From a virus (lineage: Duplodnaviria > Caudoviricetes): 64,000 nucleotides of DNA. Of the stretch, positions 56,274 through 64,000 are shown piece after piece; within the stretch, counting starts at the first letter, position 1, and the number at the start of each line of letters is the position of its first letter. The notes under the pieces were generated by a model that was given only the letters and a program-made list of their open reading frames with translations, did no database searches and had not been told where the DNA came from. Location: the IMG/VR virus record IMGVR_UViG_3300037067_027616, positions 224,001 to 288,000 of that record; one strand, given 5' to 3'. Position numbers and translations under genes: made by a program.

Positions 56274-57152
56274 CCCGACACAATCAGCAATGAAGTCAAG
56301 CAGCAGATCATCAGTGACTATCTGAAGACGGCTTCTGGCCGTATGAAGGTAGCTGCCTCGATGATTCAACCTCTCCGCTTGAGGAGAGATTACACGTCGG
56401 TCGCCAGGAAAGCTTTCCTGGTTGAGCAGCTCCCGGATGGCGCTCTCCCGATCTACGACAAGGATCCGAACATCACGGCGTTCGTGGTTGGCGAGGAAGG
56501 CCAGAATATCCTTGCAGTCGCGAAGTCCCGCAGGGTCACGTTCCCGCTGTTCGAACTCGCTTCCAACCCTGAGGTCCCGCTGACTCAGGTCAAAGAGCGT
56601 CGGTTCGACATCATCGAGCGCGTTCAGGATCTGGGCAAAGTCCAGATTCAGGCCGCTGAGGATGGAAGAGTGTTTGACGTGATGGATGCGGTCGCGGCCA
56701 ATGGCTTCGACAACTTGGACGCTGCTTATACCAACGCCCAGGTCAACGCTGTGGCACCGCTCATTCCCAGCAACCTCATCGACGCCTTCGCGCGCATCGA
56801 AACGCACGACCTCAGGGTCGCCCGCGTCTTCATGAACGCCCTGGATTTCGCCGACCTGAGGAAGTGGGGACGTGACGTTCTCGACCTCGAGAGCCAGGCA
56901 ACGCTGCTCAAGAGTGGGATGCTTGCCACTCTGTGGGGCGCCCAGGTCATCGTGTCGAGGAAGGTTGCTAAAGGTTACGTGTACGTGTGCGCAGAGCCGG
57001 AGTTCTTCGGACGTATTCCCGTTCGCACTGAGCTCACGGTCCTGTCAGCAGACGACCCGAAGGCTCGCAGGATTGGATTCTCAATCTTCGAGAACCTCGG
57101 AATCGGTTGCTACAACCCGCTGGCGCTGTGCCGTGTGAGAATCGCCCGCTAA
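56271..57152 (+). CDS. Major capsid protein, short HK97/encapsulin-like fold
   Basis: 293 aa; spine helix IQAAED, VFMN..DF.DL, LWGAQVIVS, FENLGI; strong RBS, biased codons, followed by a terminator. Confidence 0.8.
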   Translation: MPDTISNEVKQQIISDYLKTASGRMKVAASMIQPLRLRRDYTSVARKAFLVEQLPDGALPIYDKDPNITAFVVGEEGQNILAVAKSRRVTFPLFELASNPEVPLTQVKERRFDIIERVQDLGKVQIQAAEDGRVFDVMDAVAANGFDNLDAAYTNAQVNAVAPLIPSNLIDAFARIETHDLRVARVFMNALDFADLRKWGRDVLDLESQATLLKSGMLATLWGAQVIVSRKVAKGYVYVCAEPEFFGRIPVRTELTVLSADDPKARRIGFSIFENLGIGCYNPLALCRVRIAR

Positions 57153-57170
57153 TCCGGGTATCTCTTAGAG

Positions 57171-57202
57171 AGGCGGGGGAGGAATCCCCCGCTTTTCTTT
57201 TT
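57171..57202 (+). terminator. Intrinsic terminator after MCP
   Basis: GCGGGGGA-GGAA-TCCCCCGC then TTTTCTTTTT. Confidence 0.85.
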
Positions 57203-57313
57203 CCCAAAATTTTAATAACAACGTCTACTTTGCGTATATTTTATGTCAAGGTTTTTGAAGTCGACCCCTTTAAGGAGTTGATGGTGAAAATCTTGAAATA
57301 TTTTTAAATTTTA

Positions 57314-57328
57314 TAATACTCCGTTAAT
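57314..57328 (+). promoter_or_regulatory. Candidate late promoter TAATA-N5-TTAAT
   Basis: TAATACTCCGTTAAT. Confidence 0.5.
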
Positions 57329-57366
57329 CGTCCTCCTTCAGTGAAGCATCGAAGGAGACATTTGTT

Positions 57367-57597
57367 ATGGCCAACGAGAACATAGGACAGAAGGGCATCG
57401 AGAACAGCACACCTGGAAGATTCGGGCTGTACACGCAGCACGATGTGGACATGGGTAACTCGGATGGGGACACCGTCGACAGTACCTATTCCAGGAACTC
57501 TGTGAAGGAAATCAGCTTCCAGAGGACTCGCAACCTTCAGGGTACCGGGACGACTTTCTACTACCCGCTCGGCAACAGTTCGCGTCAAGAGTATTGA
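57367..57597 (+). CDS. Small hypothetical protein
   Basis: AAGGAG RBS; own promoter motif and terminator. Confidence 0.65.
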   Translation: MANENIGQKGIENSTPGRFGLYTQHDVDMGNSDGDTVDSTYSRNSVKEISFQRTRNLQGTGTTFYYPLGNSSRQEY

Positions 57598-57633
57598 TAG
57601 GCGCGTGTTTATTCACTGCCGGGCACGAATCAT

Positions 57634-57664
57634 GAAAGGCGACCTTTTGGTCGCCTTTCCTTTT
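57634..57664 (+). terminator. Intrinsic terminator
   Basis: GAAAGGCGACC-TTTT-GGTCGCCTTTC then CTTTT. Confidence 0.75.
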
Positions 57665-57716
57665 GATACTCTTCTCATTTTGAAATATATACGGATTATA
57701 TGCCGTTGGAGGCCAT

Positions 57717-58415
57717 GTGCTGACTGTCAAGATCGCGCGTAAATTGCGTCGCCTCGCCGAGGAGATGCTGTCTTCATTGGACAGCGAGGCCATGGTCAAG
57801 GGTCTTAAGTCTGATTACGGCATAGACATACCGCCCGATACCGACCCTGAGAATTTGAAAACTCTGTGTGACAGTTTGAAGAGGATCCCTGCCAGTCTTG
57901 TCAGGGACTGTGGCATAAATTTGATGAAGTTTGACGACATGGGTCCTTCCCGGGAGTACTACCCGAACCACGGCATTTACAGTAACGGCACCCTCACTTT
58001 GAACGAGAACATCATCGAGGATCCGACACTCGAATATGACCCCGAGAGCGGCATGAGGCTCAACAAATTTGACCAGACATTTTACCACGAACTCGGTCAC
58101 GGTTGGGACGAGGCGCATGGGCAGGATAATGTTGAACTCAGTCTGAAGCCTGATTGGCTCGGATTATCTGGTTGGTCGAAGGATCCGCAGGAAGGGTTGA
58201 AGAAGCTTGTCATTCAGGAACCCGGCGCTCCTAAAATGGTTGGTGAGTGGTGGTACAAGCCGGACTCTGGTTTCACGAGGTTTTACGCCCGCAGGAACCC
58301 GTTGGACGATTGGGCAGATTCCTTTTCGTACTACGTGGGCGGGCTCAAATCGTTCCTTCCAGAGTCGAAGATAAAATATTTCGATGGAAGGATCGGCAAG
58401 CATTTCTCGAGTTGA
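57717..58415 (+). CDS. Zincin-like metallopeptidase
   Basis: FYHELGHGWD and YARRNPLDDWADSFSYY (usually E.FAE). Confidence 0.65.
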   Translation: MLTVKIARKLRRLAEEMLSSLDSEAMVKGLKSDYGIDIPPDTDPENLKTLCDSLKRIPASLVRDCGINLMKFDDMGPSREYYPNHGIYSNGTLTLNENIIEDPTLEYDPESGMRLNKFDQTFYHELGHGWDEAHGQDNVELSLKPDWLGLSGWSKDPQEGLKKLVIQEPGAPKMVGEWWYKPDSGFTRFYARRNPLDDWADSFSYYVGGLKSFLPESKIKYFDGRIGKHFSS

Positions 58416-58433
58416 CAACATACGGGAGTAGAT

Positions 58434-59960
58434 ATGCCTACAACGAATGCATCGGTCATGGATAAGTCATCTGGTAAGCGTTTGCACAGCACCCCGGGAT
58501 ATGCCCCAGGGCATGCGGGCGACCCGCAGTATGCGGTACCGATAGCATACAGGGTTATTTTTCCCGAGGATTTTTACGCGATCCAGTTGCTCGATGGTCG
58601 TGATGTTGTGGATGATTCATTTCCTGAAATAAAGAACATCAAAGAGATTTTTGATTTCATGGATGAGGACGGGATAGATGATAAGGATTCCAAAGAATTC
58701 TTGTCCAAGTTTGTTTTTCCTACGATAAAACTTTCTGACGTTTCAAATAAGGTGCCTGCAGGCGGTGATCCGAACATCGAACTTGCTCTCGTAGATAAAG
58801 AAGGCAAGCCGTTGATCCGGCGCAAAGTGTCAGAGTTCTTGTCCGACCCAGACTTGACGGCTTGGGTGAAGGCATCCGTGGCGGAACATTTCAAAAAGTA
58901 TATCAACGATGAGTCAAATTGGAAGATACGCGATCATGAAGAAAATCTTCCTGACCCGGACTACAGGTCGGCCGCTTCTTTGAAGACAGCATCTGAGGTG
59001 GTGCCTACTCTTGAGGCCTTGATGGAAAAGCTTGAGAAGCTTGGCATGGAGAAGCAGGCATCAACCATCAAGGGCGTTATCGCGATGTTCCCGCAAATTG
59101 ACTTGCGTGAACGCAGGATGCATTCCCAGGGTAGGAAAGCTCCTGGCGAAACGTACAGTTTTGACCCATCGAAGCCCATGTTGCAGGAGGGTGACCAATA
59201 CACGGAGATAAATCCGCAAACAGGTGGTGAGTTCGAAAAGCGGTACAAGATGGATAAACCGCTCGGTGTTCACCAATTGGAGCCTTATTTTAGTAAGGGT
59301 ATGTTCGAGGTTGATTGGCTTAAAGGGGAGGTCGGCAAGGAGAAGGATCCCGCCAAAAAGGCCGTTTTGAATCGTCTTCTCGACAAGGCTGTGGCGCAAG
59401 AGTCAGCTATGCGTGGCAAGCAGGCATCTCAGAAGGCGTCTGGTGATCATTGGTTGTCAAAGCCCATAGAGTTGCACATACCCCCGCGTAAGGATCCCAC
59501 GGAGATATTCCTCATGGAGGCTCTCAAAACAGCCCCTGAAGTTGAAAAGGGTTTGATTGCCAATCTGTTGGACAAATACCGTGAAAGTCGCGCGCCTGCC
59601 CGATCTATGGTGTACAAGTGTGCCAGCACGCTCCGGTCTAAAGGTTACGATGCGCTCGCTGAAAGGCTCGAGTTGAAGGTAGCCACAGGCATATGGAAGA
59701 TTGGCGATCCCGTAGTCATCCGCAGCATGGCGGAACACATGGCTGATTTGAAGGTGGAAAGCGTAGACAAGAATGTCAGTTTGTATGATGCTATGTTCGA
59801 CCTTTACATACGGACATTGGAGGAGGCCGCCGCAGTGGTGAAAACGGCCAAAGTCGATGCCCACAAGTTGAAGGACATCGAAGAGGCTTTAAAGGTGGTT
59901 GTCAAGGCTGATCAGCTTATGATGCAGAAGCTGATGCAGATAGCAAATAAGGGGGTATAG
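58434..59960 (+). CDS. Modular probable internal head protein
   Basis: Segments bounded by KTAS, KQAS, QKAS, KCAS, KVAT; two helical leader-like motifs. Confidence 0.55.
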   Translation: MPTTNASVMDKSSGKRLHSTPGYAPGHAGDPQYAVPIAYRVIFPEDFYAIQLLDGRDVVDDSFPEIKNIKEIFDFMDEDGIDDKDSKEFLSKFVFPTIKLSDVSNKVPAGGDPNIELALVDKEGKPLIRRKVSEFLSDPDLTAWVKASVAEHFKKYINDESNWKIRDHEENLPDPDYRSAASLKTASEVVPTLEALMEKLEKLGMEKQASTIKGVIAMFPQIDLRERRMHSQGRKAPGETYSFDPSKPMLQEGDQYTEINPQTGGEFEKRYKMDKPLGVHQLEPYFSKGMFEVDWLKGEVGKEKDPAKKAVLNRLLDKAVAQESAMRGKQASQKASGDHWLSKPIELHIPPRKDPTEIFLMEALKTAPEVEKGLIANLLDKYRESRAPARSMVYKCASTLRSKGYDALAERLELKVATGIWKIGDPVVIRSMAEHMADLKVESVDKNVSLYDAMFDLYIRTLEEAAAVVKTAKVDAHKLKDIEEALKVVVKADQLMMQKLMQIANKGV

Positions 59961-59961
59961 G

Positions 59962-60381
59962 ATGTCTATTAATTTCCTGCAGGGCACGCGCGGTGGTAAG
60001 ATCAGCATGATGCGGGTGGCCACGATGATGGTGGTCACGTCCATTATGGGTGTGTGGGTGGCCCACAACATAGTAGCTATGTTCGTGGGTTGCAGTTTCA
60101 TCAGCATGGGCCAAACAGAGATGATGCTTGTCGCTCTTACCCTCGGTGCAAAGGCTGCGCAGTTGTTCGGAGAGGTGCGTGGGAACGGAAAAGATCGTGG
60201 AAGTCATGAGGATTACTCTGATAATAGTCATAGCCCTGAGGGTAGCCAAGATGATAGCCACGGGGATAGTCGTGAGGATAGCAGAGATGATGATAGTCGT
60301 GGTCGTATCCGTGACCGCAGTCATGATCATAGTTATGATCCCCCGACCACGAATGACATTCCGGTGGACAAGACGCAATAG
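59962..60381 (+). CDS. Two-TM membrane protein (holin-like) with D/S/H/R-rich tail
   Basis: ISMMRV followed by two hydrophobic segments and GAKAAQ. Confidence 0.5.
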   Translation: MSINFLQGTRGGKISMMRVATMMVVTSIMGVWVAHNIVAMFVGCSFISMGQTEMMLVALTLGAKAAQLFGEVRGNGKDRGSHEDYSDNSHSPEGSQDDSHGDSREDSRDDDSRGRIRDRSHDHSYDPPTTNDIPVDKTQ

Positions 60382-60387
60382 GAGGGT

Positions 60388-61017
60388 GTGATGCCTAATC
60401 CTAAGAATTACAAGGATAAGCAGGTCTGGATGGGAGATTGTATGCACCAGACCAAAAAGGTCGAGGGTAAGCCTCAGGATCAAAGTGTAGCTATTTGTTT
60501 GAATAAATGGAGGAACAAGGATAAGAAGAAAAAAGTGAAAAAGACTGCAGGAGAGGTCATCAGGTGCATCGCGGCAGCTCTTTATCCACCCCCTCCAGGC
60601 ACCCCTGCGGCAGTCCCTGGACAGGACTCTGTTCAGGAAATGGGTAAAAACTATTCACCACACCATTATATTGTAAGTAAGACGTATGAGGTGGTGACCC
60701 CCGAGTCGGAGGAGGAGGGGGATGCCGATGATCGTGGTTTTGAGTACGAGAATGAAAAGTATGACACTCTTCGTGATTTGGTGAGTGATTCTGCCAACCG
60801 AGAAAATTGGGTAGAGTGGTCCTCGACGCATTTGTCTGGTGATCATGAATGGCTTACCTCCGAGGGTGAAAAGGATATACAAACCGGGGAGTACACGAGT
60901 TACGGACTACATATCAAACGGTCAGACGGAAAGCCCCTTTCCAAACGTGAGGTTGATACGATAAGCAAGGCTTTTAGGGTAACAGGATACAAATATATCG
61001 GATCGAGGCAGGAATAG
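60388..61017 (+). CDS. Modular hypothetical protein
   Basis: Short CM...Q.VAIC..KW module, KKTAG linker, separate acidic C-domain. Confidence 0.55.
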   Translation: MMPNPKNYKDKQVWMGDCMHQTKKVEGKPQDQSVAICLNKWRNKDKKKKVKKTAGEVIRCIAAALYPPPPGTPAAVPGQDSVQEMGKNYSPHHYIVSKTYEVVTPESEEEGDADDRGFEYENEKYDTLRDLVSDSANRENWVEWSSTHLSGDHEWLTSEGEKDIQTGEYTSYGLHIKRSDGKPLSKREVDTISKAFRVTGYKYIGSRQE

Positions 61018-61018
61018 C

Positions 61019-61978
61019 ATGCCCTCATTTTCGGACAAAATACCTGTGGAGCGTAGTTCCGTGGAAGCTGTCATACTCAAGATAGCTTCTGTTTTGAAGG
61101 CACGCACCGAGGAAGCAAAGAAATCTGGCAAGCCCTCCGTTTTCCTTGGCGGGGATTGCTCTGATGACAATGCGTGGCGTAAGGACATCGTGAAGGAGTT
61201 CGGGGACAAACTTGCTTTCATCGACCCATATGATGAAAAATGGGAAGCCGAGGATAACATCTACGATGAACTCGCCGCCTTGGTAGGCGTGGATCATGTC
61301 GTTTTTTACAAGGGTGGAGATGGTACCAAGAAGGAGAAGGCGTTCCTTGAAGAGGTGGGTGACCGCGACAGTTACGAATCGTTTGACGACCTTGGTGAAC
61401 TCCGCACATACCTCGGGAATCTCTCCAAACCTGTCACGACAAAGACGGCAAATTCTGAAGGGGTGTACAATCATTCAACCACTCAGATAGATCTTCCCGA
61501 TGACCTCAGGGATGAGGTCATCAAGTGGGGTAAGGAAAAAATAGCGGACAAGGATCTCGTTCAGGACGAGAAGAATAGCATGGGGCGTGAGGATGAGATA
61601 CACGCCACGGTGCTTTACGGCCTAAAGGACGAAACGCCGGAGTCTTTCAAGAAGGTGGTTGAGGCGGTCGCTCCGTTCGAGGCAAGGCTCGGGTTGGTTA
61701 CCTTGTTCAAGGACAATAAGGAACACGATGTGGTTAAGATAGATATCGAGGCCCCGGAACTTCACAGGCTCCACTATGAGATAGCCGAGGCCGCGCCGTG
61801 CGAGAATTCGTTTCCGACCTATGTGCCGCATGTTACGATCGCATATGTGCGTAAAGGCGCCGGCGATAAGGTGCTGGGGTCGGATGTGTTTCGGGGGAGG
61901 ACATTTAAAGTCGACTCCCTCACGTTCAAGGATTCTGAAAAGAAAAAGATGAAAATACCCCTCAAGGGGAAATCCTGA
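61019..61978 (+). CDS. Nucleoside 2-deoxyribosyltransferase-like domain fused to 2H phosphoesterase (T4 57B/Acb1-like)
   Basis: SVFLGG...WR...FIDP N-domain; HATV and HVTI 2H motifs. Confidence 0.75.
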   Translation: MPSFSDKIPVERSSVEAVILKIASVLKARTEEAKKSGKPSVFLGGDCSDDNAWRKDIVKEFGDKLAFIDPYDEKWEAEDNIYDELAALVGVDHVVFYKGGDGTKKEKAFLEEVGDRDSYESFDDLGELRTYLGNLSKPVTTKTANSEGVYNHSTTQIDLPDDLRDEVIKWGKEKIADKDLVQDEKNSMGREDEIHATVLYGLKDETPESFKKVVEAVAPFEARLGLVTLFKDNKEHDVVKIDIEAPELHRLHYEIAEAAPCENSFPTYVPHVTIAYVRKGAGDKVLGSDVFRGRTFKVDSLTFKDSEKKKMKIPLKGKS

Positions 61979-62001
61979 TCCAAATCCATAAGGAGGGCCG
62001 T

Positions 62002-63039
62002 ATGGCCGAGTCAGCGAGGTACGTAGTAACACAGCCGTTCACAATCAGCTACGAGAAGAACGGCAAACAGTCGATTGATGTTTCTCCGGGTGACGTCATT
62101 GATTTTGATGGCGTGAATTTCAGCATCGGTGACGTGTCCGGGGCGTCGTCGTCCTTGCGTGTCGTCGTGCGGGAAGGAGAGTGGCTTCGCATCGAAGATG
62201 GGAGTACACCCCTTGATCTGAATGCCAAGCCAACAGTTTCCCCGACAAGGACTTATAACGCCACCGGGGGTCAGCAGGTGGAAATGAGTGACCCAGCTGC
62301 AGACAGGAACCTGTATCAGGGACGCCATCAAGGCGGATCGCAGTCTGAGAAGAGCCTCGGTGATACGGTGCGTGAGTATGAAGAGGGAACGGAAAAGGCC
62401 GGCACCACACTGGTGACGGATGACATGTCGGATATACACCGCGAGGTGAAGGTTACGACCATGGATGTGCGGGAAGTTGCTAAGGTGACTGATAAGGGCA
62501 AGAACGCCGCGCAGTCATCGTCTGGAGTGGTATCACTCCGCCAGAGCGCTCCGGAAGGCAAGAGGAAGGTCGTGCAGGGCGTGTCGATGGCCAAGCAGAC
62601 GGCCCCGGACAAGTCCCCGCAGGGTTACAAGCACATCAAGGTTGATTCGGTGGCGGCTGGGGTCGTGGTAGGGAAGGTGACCGACAGGTCGGCTGCCACG
62701 ATGAACAAAAAAGCCACCGAAGGAGAAAAGCGTCCGACCGTGACACATCAGACTGTAGTGAAGACCACATCGCGCCCGGCGTCTACGAGGGGTGACATCG
62801 GATCCAGCACGCAGGCGGCCGTTGTGAAGCAGATGGATGTGGCGCCGGAGGTTACGGTGGTTTCAACAGTCAGGGAGGAGTTCGAAGTCGTTTCGAAGGA
62901 CGGCATCAAGAGTACGATGACAGTCAGACCGAGCGATGAGATCAGTGTGGGAGAGGTCACTTCGACCTCTGCTGAGGGTGGGGTGGAGTTGTCGGGCGGT
63001 GATGACCTCGATGTATCCGACATCCTCCAGAATTCATAG
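62002..63039 (+). CDS. Hypothetical V/T/S-rich protein
   Basis: AAGGAGG RBS; small N-domain then low-complexity region. Confidence 0.6.
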   Translation: MAESARYVVTQPFTISYEKNGKQSIDVSPGDVIDFDGVNFSIGDVSGASSSLRVVVREGEWLRIEDGSTPLDLNAKPTVSPTRTYNATGGQQVEMSDPAADRNLYQGRHQGGSQSEKSLGDTVREYEEGTEKAGTTLVTDDMSDIHREVKVTTMDVREVAKVTDKGKNAAQSSSGVVSLRQSAPEGKRKVVQGVSMAKQTAPDKSPQGYKHIKVDSVAAGVVVGKVTDRSAATMNKKATEGEKRPTVTHQTVVKTTSRPASTRGDIGSSTQAAVVKQMDVAPEVTVVSTVREEFEVVSKDGIKSTMTVRPSDEISVGEVTSTSAEGGVELSGGDDLDVSDILQNS

Positions 63040-63047
63040 GAGTGTAC

Positions 63048-64000
63048 GTGGCACATTTGTGCGGACCAACAGTCGTCGTGGCCAGGTATCTTGAAGATGC
63101 CTGGCCCGACGATGACTTGACTTGGATGCAGTATCTCCAAGAGAGGGCGAATGTTTCCCCTGGTGATGATTTGTGTGGTCACAAAAGGCCCTCGACATAC
63201 AATCCGTACGACTATAAGGATCCCAGCGACAAGCCAAAGGACATGAAGGATGGCCCGCCGTTCTCGCAGAGTTATGACGAGATGGGGGCTGAGTATGGTG
63301 TCACCTACACGCCAAAGATTTACTATGATGATGACGGGATTATGAAGGACTGGTACAAGGCACGGCGCCAAGACTTCACAACGGATCCATCCGAGCAACA
63401 GCCCGCTATAAGTGTCGACCGTAAATATGCGTCCATGGAGGTCGATGCGGCTTCCTTGAAACAAGTCATTAATGCGGACAGGCATTACAAAAGCGCCCAA
63501 AAGAGAGCCAAGGTAGGCAGTGTCACGGTAGCACTTAAGGACTCCGAGCAGGATTCCATGCTCAAGGGACATTTCGAGTTCCGTTGCCAATCACAGAACA
63601 GCACCGAACAGCATACGGTTCACATGCAATTTTTGAGGCCTAAAGGAAGGTTGAGGCCTGCTTCATATTTAGATTACCCGGTGCAACTTTCGTGTTCGTG
63701 TCTGTCGTTCCTGTTCTACGGCGCACAATATTACGCTGTGAATGGAAAATATATGTGGATGCCGGGGTTTCGGGCGTCACTTGTTCCTCCCATACCACAG
63801 ACCATGACTTCCAGCATACATGGCGGGGTGCGACATCCGGGACGGGGTCTCAATTTCACGGCTTGCAAGCACATACTCGCCTGCTACAATTGGATAGAGC
63901 AAAAAAATCTTCGCATATTGATGCACTACCGCAGATACCCCAAAATAGGGCCTCCTTCAAAGATTATGAATGCGAAGGAATGGGAGCGTCTTATGGGGTT
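63048..64000 (+). CDS. SWIM-type zinc finger protein (partial, runs off the window)
   Basis: GTG start with AGGAG RBS; my translation gives LSCSCLSFLFYG...ACKHILA and no stop to the end; absent from the ORF track. Confidence 0.65.
   Translation, partial: MAHLCGPTVVVARYLEDAWPDDDLTWMQYLQERANVSPGDDLCGHKRPSTYNPYDYKDPSDKPKDMKDGPPFSQSYDEMGAEYGVTYTPKIYYDDDGIMKDWYKARRQDFTTDPSEQQPAISVDRKYASMEVDAASLKQVINADRHYKSAQKRAKVGSVTVALKDSEQDSMLKGHFEFRCQSQNSTEQHTVHMQFLRPKGRLRPASYLDYPVQLSCSCLSFLFYGAQYYAVNGKYMWMPGFRASLVPPIPQTMTSSIHGGVRHPGRGLNFTACKHILACYNWIEQKNLRILMHYRRYPKIGPPSKIMNAKEWERLMG

Noticed and set aside
60128-60391. Hydrophobic alternative-frame ORF in the membrane protein tail
   Set aside because: Explained by GAT/AGT repeats encoding D/S in the main frame; no RBS
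1-64000. Stop-codon reassignment or introns/inteins
   Set aside because: Genes tile densely in the standard code with all three stops used; TerL, RecA, RecD2 and DnaX look uninterrupted

Overview
The window is a segment of a large tailed dsDNA phage (jumbo/huge-phage-like Caudoviricetes); I see no rRNA, tRNA, CRISPR array or integrase. 1-18.0 kb is a minus-strand recombination/replication block: glycosyltransferase, NYN, split SbcC plus SbcD, beta clamp, PD-(D/E)xK nuclease, RecA, RuvC-like, SSB-like, HU-like, RecD2 and a C5 methyltransferase with an out-of-frame nested subunit. The strand switch at 18.0-19.1 kb carries C-GAA-G hairpins, a 36-bp direct repeat and a ~250-nt structured non-coding element. 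19.1-30.1 kb (+) encodes delta', delta, gamma/tau, a truncated primase, a 5'-3' nuclease, NusG-like and sigma-like regulators and an MT-A70 methylase. 30.3-64 kb (+) is morphogenesis (terminase, portal, prohead protease, scaffold, decoration, short HK97-type major capsid protein, many probable internal head proteins), interrupted by a minus-strand accessory island at 40.9-45.7 kb with sigma70-type promoters. The leading candidate for an undescribed system is a set of head-module polyproteins in which unrelated payload domains are bounded by K/R-x-A-(S/A) sites and joined to a shared helical motif, suggesting protease-released capsid cargo. All family calls are from motifs read by eye; no database search was run.
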